Positions 1 through 12,445 of a DNA stretch of 64,000 bases are shown here, piece by piece. The notes under the pieces are model-generated. The model saw only the letters and a program-made list of their open reading frames with translations. It did no database searches and had not been told where the DNA came from. The stretch spans positions 103,480,001 to 103,544,000 of the forward strand of contig NC_086108.1 in NCBI RefSeq assembly GCF_963921235.1, in the 5' to 3' direction. Source of the stretch: Mobula hypostoma (lineage: Eukaryota). Every line of letters begins with the position of its first letter. Position 1 is the first letter of the stretch. Both the position numbers and the translations under genes were made by a program.

Positions 1-94
1 GGATTCTGTGATTCTGTAATTCAAATCAGGCAACTCTGGACTATACCCATCCTAACAGGCTCCAACATACCTGAATCCAGAGTCACCATTGTGG

Positions 95-188
95 ACAGAG
101 TTGCAAGAAAAAGTTCGTGAACCCTTTGCAATTACCTGATTTTCTGTATTAATTACTCATAAAATGTGGTCTGAACTTCATCTAAGTC
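95..188 (+). mobile_element. Tc1-like transposon terminal fragment
   Basis: cag...aaaagttcgtgaaccctttgcaattacctgattttctg...aaatgtggtctgaacttcatctaagtca resembles a fish Tc1 terminal sequence; it breaks into a CR1-like tail. Confidence 0.4.
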
Positions 189-559
189 AGGGCATGAAGA
201 AATACGGGGAGAAGGCAAAAAAAATCTTGGGGGTCAATGGATCTGTGTCAGACAGAATGCACAGGAATACAGGGAAATATGAGGAGGGAGGTGATGAAAC
301 CAGCATGAAGACCAGTGAGGATCTGAAGGGTGGAATAGCCTCTTCCTCTGTGGTTTTGTATTTATCTGACAACTTTAAGGTGCTGAATTATTTTTTTGAA
401 CCCACTTCTTACTTTCCGGGTTTTATTCAGTCAGTTGCATTTTCTCCACAATCATTCAGGCTGTGATTCTACCATCTTGTTAGGAAAGTGCTGAGGAGGG
501 AGATCCCCACCCCACTCTACTCCATAAACTTTCATGATTGCATGACCAAATTCTGATCT

Positions 560-1100
560 AAATCTGAAATAATGATGAATCAGGGTACAGAAAGGAGCTA
601 GAAAACTGAGGAACATGGTGTCAAGCTAACAACTTTTCCTTTAATGTCAGCAAAACAAAGAAATAGTCAATGACTTCAGGAAGAGAGGCAATACACATGT
701 TCATAATTACATCAACAGTGCTGAGCTTGAAAGGGTTGGGAGCTTCAAGTTCCTAGGACTGAACATTACCAATAGCCTGTCCTGCTCCCATCACATTGAT
801 GTCACAGCCAAGAAAGCTCACAGTGCCTCTAAAGAAATCTGGCATGTCCTCTTTGACTCGCGCCAATTTTATTAATGTACCACAGAAAGCATTCTATCTG
901 GATGCATCACAGCTTGATATGGCAATTGCTCTGCTCGTGACTGCAAGAAACCACAGAGAGTTGAGGACAAAGCTCAGAAAATCACAGAAACCAGTCCACC
1001 TCTCCATGGAACACATACTTCTCACTGCCTTGGTAAAGCAGCTGACATAATAAAAAAAACCCCACCCAAACCAAATATTCCTTCTTCTTCCCCTTCTCCA
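560..1100 (+). mobile_element. Rex1/Babar LINE RT C-terminal fragment (decayed)
   Basis: Frameshifted motifs WCQANN.S.NVSKTK...DFRK, SFKFLGLNITN.LS and NFY.CT.ESIL. Confidence 0.7.
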
Positions 1101-1224
1101 GTGGTATCAAAGGATATGATGAGAAAGTAGGCTGAGTAGGACCCAGGATCAGCCATGATGGAATGGCATAACAGACTTGATGGGCTAAATGGCCTAATTC
1201 TGCTCCTGTATTTTCTGGTTATGA

Positions 1225-1460
1225 GCAACACACATCAAAGTTGCTGGTGAACGCAGCAGGCCAGGCAGCATCTCTAGGAAGAGGTACAGTCGATGTTTCA
1301 GGCCGAGACCCTTCGTCAGGACTAACTGACGAAGGGTCTTGCCTGAAACGTCGACTGTACCTCTTCCTAGAGATACTGCCTGGCCTGCTGCGTTCACCAG
1401 CAACTTTGATGTGTGTTGCTTGAATTTCCAGCATCTGCAGAATTCCTGTTGTTTTTGTTC
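1225..1460 (+). mobile_element. Short palindromic Penelope-like (PLE) pLTR insertion with hammerhead cores on both strands
   Basis: Near-perfect inverted arms 1224-1319 and 1326-1420 with a 6-nt loop. TSD ttctggttatga at 1213-1224 and 1461-1472. CTGACGA...GAAAC core in each arm. Confidence 0.85.
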
Positions 1461-1988
1461 TTCTGGTTATGACATTGTTTATCGGCACTGCACTTTCTCT
1501 GTCACTCTAACACTTCATTCTGCACTCTGTTATTTTTTACATTAAACTACCTCAATGCACCGTTGAAATGAATGGGTCAGTGTGAATCTTATGCAAGACA
1601 AGTCTTTCACAGTACGTCAATAAATGACAATAATAAAGCAATCCTATTTCAATTCAAATAGAAGGTACCAGAATCACACCCAAAAAGGTCAGAAACATTT
1701 CAAGTTACAAGATTTTAGAAGGTGGGTGCTTTGGTGGTGGTGGGGAAGAGTGGACAGCCGGGACAAAGGGGCTTGTCAAAAAACAAGGAGATTTTCTGTT
1801 TTAATTGCAATTGTCAAATCCAGCATAGAAGGGAGGAGGGGGGAATGTAAGATTCCCACTCTGTAAGAAAAGCAGCCTTGGATTCACACGCACTGATTGT
1901 CAGCAATTAGGAAACATTACAATCTGCAAATGAAACGCTGCTAAGTAGCTCCCCAAAACAATCAACACCAACACTTAAAAATACTTAC

Positions 1989-2102
1989 TGAAGGATCCAA
2001 CAGAGACATGGGCTGAATGCCAAGCAAAAATTATAAGGCTGATCTGGAATATACTCCATTAGTTTATCCTCTCCCACCTTCTAATGAGGCCCAGTTAGCT
2101 GC
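1989..2102 (-). other. Candidate non-coding exon of the minus-strand host gene
   Basis: Minus strand reads ctttctcttctaattgcttgtcag|GCAGCT...CCTTCA|gtaagt; 114 nt of non-repeat sequence with stops in all three entry frames. Confidence 0.4.
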
Positions 2103-2749
2103 CTGACAAGCAATTAGAAGAGAAAGCTTAAAAGATTCTTTCATTACAAATTTGTAGAATGAGTAAAACTTAATTTAAAACTGCAATTTCTTTCCAAATG
2201 AATCTAAATTGAAATAATGTGAAGAAAAATACTTAAAACGCTTCAGGACTTCCTTGCTGCATAATGTGGGTATATAAAGGATATCCATGCAGCTATGGAA
2301 TGTATCACTATGCACTGCCCAGAACTGAAATGTACACTGGAATCCTAGCCATCTCCAAAAAAAAGTGTCAGCAGAGAGCTCAGAGCCAAGGCACAACCAT
2401 ATGAAACAGTAACTGCACAGTGAATGTTGGGAATTATTATTTAAATCCATTCATAATACCCTTCAGATTGAAATATAGCAGACTCTCTCCTGTCAGAAGG
2501 CAGACCGACTGTTTATTTCAGTTGGTGGCCAGTACCTCCTCTGCTTCCATAATGACTCCCACTTATCCCTTCTCTCCTCCCTCTGGTGCGTACCCTCCTT
2601 CGCTTTTTCCCATGCTCCACACTGATGTCCTTTCACATTCCTTTTTCCTTAGCCCTTTACCTTCTCTATCAATCACCCCCCAGCTTCTCACCCCATTTCC
2701 CCTAAACCACTCATTTCTTTCCCCCTAACCTGGTTTCACTTATCACCTT

Positions 2750-2829
2750 CAGGGGTTCCCAACCTGGGGTTCACGAACCCCTCGGATAATGGTGGAGGTC
2801 CATGGCATAAAAAACGTTATGAACCCCTG
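2750..2829. mobile_element. About 80-bp hAT (Charlie-type) MITE
   Basis: TIRs caggggttc...gaacccctg; same family at 7185-7243 and 38915-38994. Confidence 0.7.
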
Positions 2830-2896
2830 CAGAATACAGCTTGCACTTTTCCCCCTACCCCACACCTAATATTTTGGCTTCTTTCCCCTTCCCTTC

Positions 2897-2934
2897 CAGT
2901 CCTGAGGAAGGGTCACAGCCTGAAACGTTGACTG
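2897..2934 (+). ncRNA. Minimal type I hammerhead ribozyme (PLE-associated)
   Basis: Stem I cagtc/gactg; core CTGAGGA 2902-2908; stem II AGG/CCT; GAAA 2922-2925; palindromic ACGT stem III; GUU triplet 2927-2929. Confidence 0.7.
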
Positions 2935-3239
2935 TTTATTTCCCTCCATAGCTGCTGCCTGACCCGCTGAGTTCCTCCAGCATCTTGTGTGTGGTCCTTC
3001 ACCGTTCCCCCTCTTATATCACAAAGTATGAGCAAGCTGCACTCTGAAAAACAGCTGTTTTATTGCACATTTTTAAATATCAAAGAATGTCATTGTTGAG
3101 TTATCATAAATCCTGCCAGCAGTCGTTAATCTTTCTGATGATCTTCCTCTTAAGCCACAAAAGGGTCTTTTAAACAATGCACAATAAGTGTTTATTATTT
3201 GTTTACTTTTACACATAAATCTGCTTGTAGTGACAATGT

Positions 3240-3525
3240 CACTTTTATTTTATTTATTTAGAGATAACATATGGTACAGGCCCTTCCAGCCTAACATGCC
3301 ACCCAGCAATCCACTGATTCAATCAGAGCCGAATCACAGGACCAATTTACAATAACCACAGACTAACCAGTATGTCTTTGGACTGTGGGAGGAAACTGGA
3401 GCACCAGGAGGAAACCCACATGCACACGAGAACAACATACAAACTTCCTTACAAAGGACACATAACCAGAACCCCAACCTCTGATGTCCCAATCTGTAAT
3501 AGTGTTGCGCTCACTGCTAGGCTAC
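3240..3525 (-). mobile_element. V-SINE / HE1-like tRNA-derived SINE
   Basis: Reverse V-domain gtgggaggaaactggagcaccaggaggaaacccaca; (tttta)n/(ttta)n tail near 3243-3260. Confidence 0.7.
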
Positions 3526-3849
3526 CATGGCTACTACCTTGAATACTGTGGAAAATTCAATCAATTTTCTTTTTAACAGTTCTTCATTTTCCTTCCACAT
3601 CAAATCTGATTTTATTTCAAGCATTCCTGTTTCTTTCAATGTCTGGCTCACAAGCTTCCATTGTGTCACTATTTCACTTTCTTTCCCAACACTGTAAAAA
3701 TCCATCATCTCTCTTGTATTTGTGTCTGAGCAAAAGCTGCCACAAAGTTGGTAGTTCTCGTGTCTCCACCAAGCTATAGTTCGAAGTCTGACGTTAGACA
3801 GCAGTGTGCAAAATTTAGGATAACACTCCAGTGCAGCCCTATAAGGTTT

Positions 3850-4412
3850 TTTCTTTAGCGAGAATTTTGTGTACAAGATACTTTGAGGCATAGATCGAGT
3901 TGATAGCCAGAGACTTTCTCCCAGAGCAGAAATGGCTAACATAAGGGGCATAATTTTAAGGTGATTGGAGGAAAGTATAGGGGGGGATGTCTGAGATGGT
4001 TTATCTTTACATAGTGGTGATTGCTTGGACAATCTGCCAGGGGTAATGGTAAAGGCAGACATATTCATCATCATTATGTGCCACGTCATATGACAAGGGC
4101 GAACATAGTTTTTGACTCTGATTGTTCTTAGCAAATTTTTCTACAGAAGTGGTTTGCCATTGCCTTTTTCTGGACAGTGATTTCACAAGATGGGTGAGCC
4201 CCGCCATTATCAATACCCTTCAGAGATTGTCTACCAGGCATCAGTGGTGACATAACCAAGACTCCAAGAAACTCTTAAGATAGGCACATGAATGATAGAA
4301 ATATGGAGGGTTATATAGGAGAAGGGTTAGATTGATCATAGAGAAGTAGGTTAAAAGGTTGGCACAACATTGTGGGCGTAAGGCCTATACTGTGCTGTGA
4401 TGTTCTACGTTC
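3850..4412 (+). mobile_element. CR1 LINE 3' fragment interrupted by an RTE-related element
   Basis: YKIL.GIDRVDSQRLSPRAEMANIRGHNFKV followed by CR1 3' UTR and ttcta-type tail; insert at about 4066-4264. Confidence 0.75.
4066..4264 (-). mobile_element. RTE-related non-autonomous element, 3' part
   Basis: Reverse of ggcaatggcaaaccacttctgtagaaaa with a (gat)n tail; homologous to 16160-16370 on the + strand. Confidence 0.6.
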
Positions 4413-5559
4413 TAACTTGCCTGGTGATCAGCCTATAAAATCAATGTTTATCAAAATCCTGGAGGATTCCTGCTCCTCCTGCCTCTTCCACCTATCCTGC
4501 AGGATAGAAACACACATCAATCACTGGAGTGCTAACGTTGCATTCATTGTTCAGGCATTGGAGAAGTCCCACATACTGTCACTTAGGTCTCTGCTCTTCA
4601 GAGTTAGTGATACTTAAAGAGGGGGAGATTGTGCTGCTCCAGTCTTATCAGTTCCAACCACTGTGCCAGTCAAAAAAATCATCATGGGTTTGAATCAGAA
4701 TGCTTATTGAAGAACCAAGAGTGATCCAATTCTCTCTATGAAACAACAAAAGTACTTCATTCTTATCCCCCTCCCTGTCACTCAAAGCCTGCAATTTACC
4801 GAATGACATTATTAAGTGAAGCAAGAAGAAACTAGAACTAATCCTAAATAGTACAACAGAGACTGGATTGCTATGGCTCTGTAGTTAGACAATTGATGGT
4901 CCACATAGACAGGGATTATTTCTGTACTGTCATGGCCTAATGATTCTCTTCATGGTCCTTCATTACATTCAGTCACCTGTATCATATTCATAGCACACTG
5001 AATTTTTTTCAAAAAAGCCTTGTACATTAACCAAGAGATAGGAAATGATCCAAAAATATTAACTACAATGAAGAAATGTAGATGGTCATTTTGGATCATT
5101 TTCCATATATAGCATTAAGTTATATTATTTATCATTTATTCATATTGCCTCTCAGCAAAGTTACCCTAATTTGCATTTTCCAAGGAGTGAGCCATGCAAA
5201 TATTCATAAAAATTCATAAGCATTTGAATAAAGGATTTTCATTGAAAACAACCATCAATGTAAGGACACTGGAAGTTTAGAAAGCAATGGTTGCATGAAG
5301 ACAATTTAGTTAATCAGTTAATCTTTCTTTCCAGTTATCGAGTTCAAATATTAAGCCAAGCTTTCCCTTGAAGTCAAACTCTAGTTCAATCTCAGCTGAT
5401 CACCATGTGATCCTCGCCCAAAATGGTAAGGCATGCATAGCCAGAAGAAATCACTACTTTGCAATCTGACATCCTAATCTGGGAGAATGTTCTTCACGTC
5501 CGTAATCTAGAGATAAAGGCGTAATCTTGCAGCCATCCCCATCCCCAACTTTCATTCAA

Positions 5560-6290
5560 ATATAACGAGGTAAGACCCTTAACAGTGTTGATGAGCAGAG
5601 GGATCTCAAATCCAAGTTCATATCTCCTTGGAAGTGGCTACAAAGGTTGACAGGGTGGTTAAGAAGGCATGTGGCATGCATGCTTTACTAACCCAGGCAC
5701 TAAACTCAAAAGTCAGGAAGGTACATTGCAGCTTTATAAAACTCTAGTTAGACCACGTCTGACGTACTGCTTACAGTTCTGGCTGCCTGGCCGCCCTGTT
5801 ATAGGAAGGATATCAAGGCTTTGGACAGAGGTTTACCAGGATGCTCCCTGGATTAGAGGACATGCGTGATAATAAGAGTTTAGACAAACTTGGATTGTTT
5901 ACTCTGGAGCAACAGAGGCTGAAAGGAGATCTGATAGGTTTATAATATTATGAGAGACAGAGGTAACAGTTAGCATCTTTTTCCAGGGTTGAACTGTTTA
6001 ATACCACAGGGCATGCAGTTAAGGTGGGAGGGGAGTGGTAATTTTAAAGAAAATGCGAGGGGCCTTTTTCTCCCCCATGAGCGCCTGCAATGGTGGTAGA
6101 GGCAGATGCAGTAAAGAATTTTAAGATATATTTAGATAGGCACATAAATGTGAGGAAAATGGAAGGATATGGACATTGAGTAGGCAGAAGGGATTAATTT
6201 AGTCGGCTATTTGATTACAAATTTAATTGGTTCGGCACAGCACTGTGGGCCAAAGGGCCTGTTCCTGTGTTGTACTCTTCAATGTCCTAT
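5560..6290 (+). mobile_element. CR1 LINE 3' fragment
   Basis: LQLYKTLVRPRL.YC.QFW motif and CR1 3' UTR (gtgggccaaagggcctgttcctgtgttgta). Confidence 0.75.
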
Positions 6291-6735
6291 CCCAACCCAG
6301 TCGGAAGAACGCACACCAGTCCTCAAAGGGTCGACAGTGGAAATGGTGAGCAGCTTCAAGTTTCTGGGTGTAAACATCTCTGAATGTGTATTCTGGCCCA
6401 ACATACAAAGAAGGCATGCCAACAACTACACTTCATTAAGGGTTTGAGGAGATCTGGTATGTCATCAAACGCTCTGGCAAATTTCTACAGATGTACTATG
6501 GAGACTATTCTGACTGGTTGCACAGGTACGGAGGCACAAGATCAGAAAAGGCTGCAGAACATTGTAAACTTAGCCAGCTACATCATGGGCAGTAGCCTCC
6601 CCATCATCAAGGACATTTTCAAAGGTCATTGCTCAAGATGGCTACATCCATCACTACGGACCCTCACAATCCAGGACAATCCCCGAAGACTGACTCTCAA
6701 TGTTTTAGGAACAACTTCTTCCCCTCTGCCATCAC
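6290..6735 (+). mobile_element. Rex1/Babar LINE 3' fragment
   Basis: VEMVSSFKFLGVNIS; KKACQQLHFI..LRR.GMSSNALANFYRCTMETILTGC. Confidence 0.75.
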
Positions 6736-6840
6736 TAAACTCTTCTCAGGCTTCTAGCCGGGTATAGTCTGTAACCAGCTGGAAGCCTTAGAAGAGTTTA
6801 TTTGTCACATACACACCTGGAAAGCACGAGATGCTTTTTC
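6736..6840 (+). mobile_element. Hairpin end of a probable second PLE family
   Basis: Inverted arms taaactcttctcaggcttctagccgg / ccagctggaagccttagaagagttta, followed by a PLE-like tail. Confidence 0.5.
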
Positions 6841-6868
6841 ACTACCTCACTATTTCGTTCTCTTTTTG

Positions 6869-7460
6869 CACTCATGGTCAATTTATTAGGCACACCTGCT
6901 CTAAAATGCATATTATCTAATCAGCCAATCATATGGCACCAACTCAATGCATAAAAGCATGCAGACGTGGTCACGAGATTTAGTTGTTCTGACCAAACAT
7001 CAGAATAGTGAAAAAATATTAACAAATTTCACATCACATGCCGGTGATAATAAACCTGATTCTGATTCTGAAATGTGATCCAAATCACTTTGATCTTGGA
7101 ATGATTGATGGTGCTAGACGGGCTGGTTTATGTATGTCAGAAACTGCTGGCCTTTTGGGATTTTCATGCACAAGAGTCCTTAGAGCAGGGGTTCCCAACC
7201 TTTTTGTTAATGCCATGGACAAACACCATTAAGCAAGGGGTCCATGGAGTTTACAGAGAATAGCGTGAAAAATAAAAAAAACATCCAGTCAGTGGGTGAA
7301 AATGCCCTCTTAGTGAAAGAGTTCAGCAGAGAATGGCCAGACTGGTTCAAGCTGACAGAGGTGACTGTAACTCAGCTAAGCAGCATTACAACAATGGTGT
7401 GCAGAAGTGCATCTCTGAATGCACATGTCAAACCTTGCAGTGGATAGGCCACAGCAGCAA
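6869..7460 (+). mobile_element. Non-autonomous Tc1 element (N-terminal HTH remnant) with nested insertions
   Basis: TIR-like cactcatggtcaatttattaggcacacctg; FDLGMIDGARRAGLCMSETAGLLGFS; hAT MITE fragment at 7185-7243. Confidence 0.75.
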
Positions 7461-7579
7461 TTTTTTTTATATATGTGTTAAGCAAACATAGGTGATGCAC
7501 AACCCAGTGCATGCGACTATTAAACCACAAGGCAAACTGGATATGGCTTACACAGGGGCAGCAGTTAACTATGAATCAC

Positions 7580-8435
7580 ATTGTCAAGTTCACCAGTGGT
7601 GAGACTCATCATCAACAATGATGAGATGCCCTAGACAGAAGAGCTGGAAGAGCTCAAGGCCTGGTGCCAGGCAAATAATCACTTCCTCAGTATCAATGTC
7701 AACAAGACAAAGGAGATGGTCATCAACTTCAGAATAACTCACACCACTCACAACCCTCTTTACATCAGCAGCACATCAGTGGAAACTGCAAGCAGTTTCA
7801 AGCTCTTGAGACTGCATTATCTCACACAACCTCTCGTGGTTCGAGACCACATTCAGCACAACAGGGAAGCTCACCGAGAGCTTAACTTTCCAAGGAGGCT
7901 GAAGAGAGTTGAGCTATGCACGTCCGTACTCATGTCAATCTACAGCTGCGCAGTACAGAACATCGTAACCAGCTGTGTAGTACAGAAACTGGACTGCAGC
8001 AGACAGGAAGGCTCTACAACGGACAATCAAAACTGCCAAAGCATCACCAGCCTACCCACCATCAAGGATGGGTGTGAGGGTGTGTCTGTCTGTCCCACTC
8101 CATTCAGGAAGGAGGCTATGTAGTATCCACGTCATGACTACCAGACTAAAAATTACGGTAATTACTTTCCCCAAGCAACAATACCTCCACTCACTAACCC
8201 ACTCCTCCATACCCCCAACCACCACTACTTTATCATTTCCAGTCAGTCACCTTGCATCACTTTATGTACATATAATCTAGATATACAAGCTATCTTATGT
8301 ATTTATATATAGTTTATTAATTATTGTACTCTTTTTCTTATTAGGATTTTGTGTTGCATCAGACCCAGAGTAACAACTAATTTGTTCCCTTTTACACTTG
8401 TGTACTGGAAATGCCATTAACAATCTTGAATCTTG
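7580..8435 (+). mobile_element. Rex1/Babar LINE 3' fragment
   Basis: WCQANN...NVNKTKEMVINFR and SSFKLL motifs; tail aatcttgaatctt. Confidence 0.7.
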
Positions 8436-8599
8436 GACTCTATGCAAAGTTGGTGAACTATGGGTATTGTTGATACGAGAGATCCAGTCAGCCTCATTCA
8501 CTGTTAGATCACTGGCAGTCCCAGATAGGCAGGAAGGCAGAGGGGGCAGCATTACTCTGCTGTAAAAAATGAAATCAAAATCATTAAAAAGAGGTAACA

Positions 8600-11180
8600 T
8601 AGAGTTGGAAGGTATTTGAATCGTCGTAGATAGAGCTGAAGAACTGCAAAGCTAAAAAGAATGATGGCATTTGTATACAGAACCCCAAACAGTAGTAAGG
8701 ATGTGGCCTACAAATTACGATGGGAGATAGTAAATGCCAAAAGGGCACTGTTACAATAATCATGGGGGACTTCAATATGCAAGCAGATTGGGAAAATCAT
8801 GTTGGTGCTGGATTACAGGAGGGGAAATTTCTAAAGTGCCTATGAGATGGCTTTTTAGAGCAGCTTGTGGTTGAGCCCACTACAGGATCAGCTATTCTGG
8901 ATTGGGTTTGTGCAATGAACCAAAATTCATTAGAGATCTTAAGGTAAAATAACTCTTATGGCCGAGTAATCATAATTTGATTGAATTCACCCTGAAATTT
9001 CAGATGTATCAGTATTACAGTGGAGTAATGGGAATTACAGAGGCATGAGAGAAGAGTTGGCCAGAATTGATTGAAAAAGAATACTGGCAGGGATGACAGC
9101 AGAGCAGCAATGGTTGGAATTTCCGGAAGCAAATCAGAAGGTACAGAATATATACATCCCAAAGAGGAAGTAGTATTCCAAAAGAAAGGTGACACAACCA
9201 TGGCAAATAAGAGAACACAAAGCCAACACAAAAGCCAGAGGGCATATAATAGGGAAAAAATTAGTGCATAGTTAGAGGTTTGGGAAGCTTTTAAAAACCA
9301 ATAGAAGGCAATTAAAAAGTCATAAACAAGGTAAAAAATGGAATACGATAGTAAGTAAACCAATAATATTAAATAAGATACCAAAAGTTTCTTCAAATAC
9401 ATAAATTGTAAAACAGAGGCGAGAATGGAAATCAGACTGCTGGAAAATGATGCTCGAGAGGTAGTAATGGGGGACAACGAAATGACAGATAAACTGTATA
9501 AGTATTTTGCATCAGTCTTCACTGTGAAAGACACTAGCAATATGGTGGAAGTTCCAGGTGTCAGGGGGAATGAAGTGTGTGAAGTTACCATAACGAGGGA
9601 GAAGGTTCTTGGGAAACTGAAAGGCCTGAAGATAGACAAGTCACCTAGACCTGATGGTGTACACCCCAGAGTTCTGAGAAAGCTGGCTGAAGAGATCGTG
9701 AAGGCATTAGTATTGATCTTTCAAGAATCATTAGATTCTGCAATGGTTTCAGAAGACTGGAAAATTGCAAATGTCACTCCACTCTTCAAGAAAGAGAGAG
9801 GCAGAAGAAAGGAAATTATAGGTCACTTAGTCTGACTTTAGTGGTTGGGAAGATGTTGGAGTTGATTATTAAGGATGAGGTCTCAGGGTACTTGGAGGCC
9901 GACAATAAAATAGGCCATAGTCAACATGGTTTCCTCAAGGGAAAATCATGCCTGCCAAATCTGTAGGAATTCTTTGAAGAAATAACAAGCAGGATAGACA
10001 AAGGAGAATTGGTTGATGTTGTGTACTTGGATTTTCAGAAGGCCTTTGGTGCCAGACATGAGGCTGCTTAACCAGTAACAAGCCCATGGCTTTACAGGAA
10101 AGATTCTAACATGGATAAAGCAGTGGCTGATTGGCAGAAGGCAAAGAGTGGGAATAAAGGGAGCTTTTTCTGGTTGACTGGCCATGCTCCACAGGGGTCT
10201 GTGTTGGGACAGATTCTTTTTACGTTATATGATTTTACATCAATAACTTGGATAAGGAATTGATAGTTTTATTGCAAAATTTGCGGAGAATATGAAGATA
10301 GGTGGAGCTGCAGGTCGTTTTAAGGAAGTAGAAAGGCGACAAAAGAACTTAGATTAGGAGAAAATGGAATATAGTGTCAGGAAGTTTATGGTCATGCATT
10401 TTAGTAGAAAAAAATGGAAGGGTTGACCATTTTTTTAAAATGGAGAGAAAATATAAAAAACTGATGTGCAAAGGGACTTGGGAGTCCTTGTGCAGGCTTC
10501 CCTAAAGGTTGATTTGCAGGTTTGAGTCTGTAGTGGGGAAGGCAAATGCAATGTTAGCATTCATTTCAAGAGGACTAGAAAATAAAAGGATGTAATGTTG
10601 AGGCTTTATAAAGCACTGGTGAGGCCTCACTTGGAATATTGTGAGCAGGTTTGGGCACCTTATCTTAGAAAGGATGTGCTGAAACAGGAAAGGGTTCAAA
10701 GGAGGCTTGCAAAAACGATTCCAGGATTGAATGGCTTGCATATGAAGAGCGTTTGATAGCTCTAGGCCTGTATTCACCAGAATTCATAAGAATGAGGGGT
10801 GACCTCATTGAAACCTATAAAATAGTGATAAGACTTGGAGTGGCTGTGGAGAGGACATTTCCTATGGTGGGAGTCTAAGACCAGAGGACACAGCCTCAGA
10901 ATAGAGAGGCATCCTTTTAGAACAGAGATGAGGAGAAATTCCTTTAGCTAGAGCAGTGAATCTCTGCAATTCTTTGCACAGGCCGCTGTGGAGGCCAAAC
11001 CTTTATGTATACTTAATGCACAGATTGACAGGTTCTTGATTGGTCAGGGCATAAACAGATATGGGGAGAAGGCATGAGATTGGGCCTGAGAAAAAAATTG
11101 GATCCACCGTGATGAAATAGCAGAACAGACTCAATGGGCCAAATAGCCTAATTCTACTCCTATATCTTGTGGTCTTATAC
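8600..11180 (+). mobile_element. 5'-truncated CR1 LINE (ORF2 with many stops and frameshifts)
   Basis: IMGDFN (APE), YFASVFT, DKSPRPDGVHPRVL, VDVVYLDFQKAF, RPHLEYC; CR1 3' UTR ending near 11178. Confidence 0.9.
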
Positions 11181-11904
11181 CCTGAAAAGGGGTTGATAGA
11201 GAGAAAAGGCGATCCTGTTCTACCGATGGTCCGTGTCTGTAATTATATATAAAATTACAGACAACAAATTTATCATATATAGACACTGTATATTATACAA
11301 ACGTACATTAAATGTACTATATAGAGCATTCTAGCAACATTTTCATCACATTTAAACACTGAATTTTGCGGGAATCTGACGTCTGGAAAGAGATACTTGC
11401 AATGATGAAGGCAAAATTCCAGAATCAGAACTATTATAATATAATCTGCCTTAGTCATTGGAAGAACCCTTTTCTCTTCAAAACAACACAACGGGGTCTT
11501 CTTTGTCCATACAAGAAAACAGGTGGGACTTCGGTACATCACATCACACTAAAAAGATGGCAGTACGGCATCAATGAAGTATTGAACATGGAGCTTAATG
11601 CACAACTTCTCTGTTTCAGAAGGGAGAATCTCAAAGTTGTATAATGTATACATACTTTGACAATACGTAAATGTACTTTGTTACCATTCAGACATAGCCA
11701 ACAGAGAAGCGAGATCACGCCTTTTCATATTCCAAATTTTTTTTTGGATTAATCACTGCTTTTGTAACGCAGCTAATATTTGACAATATTTCTGCACAAA
11801 AGACTGTTAAAGTTGTGTAGACAAAGCCAACAAAAACAATGAAGGAAGACTTCATACAGAAACAAGAATTACTTATCCAGAAGATACAAGTGGGCCTAAA
11901 CTAT

Positions 11905-12445
11905 ACTAAGTTCAAAGTAAATTTTATTACCAGAATACCTGTATATCACCACATACAACTCTGAGATTCATTTTTCTGCAGGCATACTCAGGAAATCTAT
12001 AGAATAGTAACAATACAGGATCAAGGAAAGACCAACCAGAAGACAACAAACTGTGCAAATACAAATATAAATAAATAGCAATAAATAATGAGAACACGAG
12101 ATAACAAGAGTCCCTAAAGTGAGATCGTTGGTTGTGGGTACATCTCAAAGGATGGGCAAATGAGTGAAGCTATCCCCTTTTGTTCAAAATCCTAACGGTT
12201 GTGGGGTAGAAACTGTTCTTGAACCTGGTGGTGTGAGTCCTGAGGCTCCTGTACCTTCTACCTGATGGTAAAAACAAGAAGAAAACATGGTCTGGGTGGT
12301 GAGGACCCTTTGATGATGGATGCTGCTTTTCTACAACAGTGTTTCATGTTGATGTGCTCAATGGCTGGAAGGACTTTACCCATGATGTACTGGGCCAAAT
12401 CCACTACATTTTGTAGGATTTTCTGTTCAAAGGCACTGACGTTTC
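11905..12445 (-). mobile_element. Rex1/Babar LINE 3' end
   Basis: Minus ORF EQKILQNVVDLAQYIMGKVLPAIEHI; reverse tail aagttcaaagtaaattttatt. Confidence 0.75.

Larger units (their letters stand above)
2530..2995 (+). mobile_element. PLE pLTR (pyrimidine-rich 3' region and hammerhead), interrupted by a hAT MITE
   Basis: Pyrimidine-rich tract, then cagtc-CTGAGGA-agggtcacagcct-GAAAC-GTT-gactg, then gctgcctgacccgctgagttcctccagc. Confidence 0.75.

Noticed and set aside
3517..4134. 205-aa minus-strand ORF
   Set aside because: It runs across an RTE-related insert, antisense CR1 and flanking DNA, so it is a chance chimera.
5335..5425. Plus-strand 91-nt segment with tttctttccag acceptor, G|gtaagg donor and one open frame
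   Set aside because: No partner exons, no plus-strand promoter in view and no recognisable peptide.
8956..9639. 227-aa hydrophobic minus-strand ORF, and similar ORFs opposite other CR1s
   Set aside because: Antisense shadow of purine-rich CR1 ORF2.
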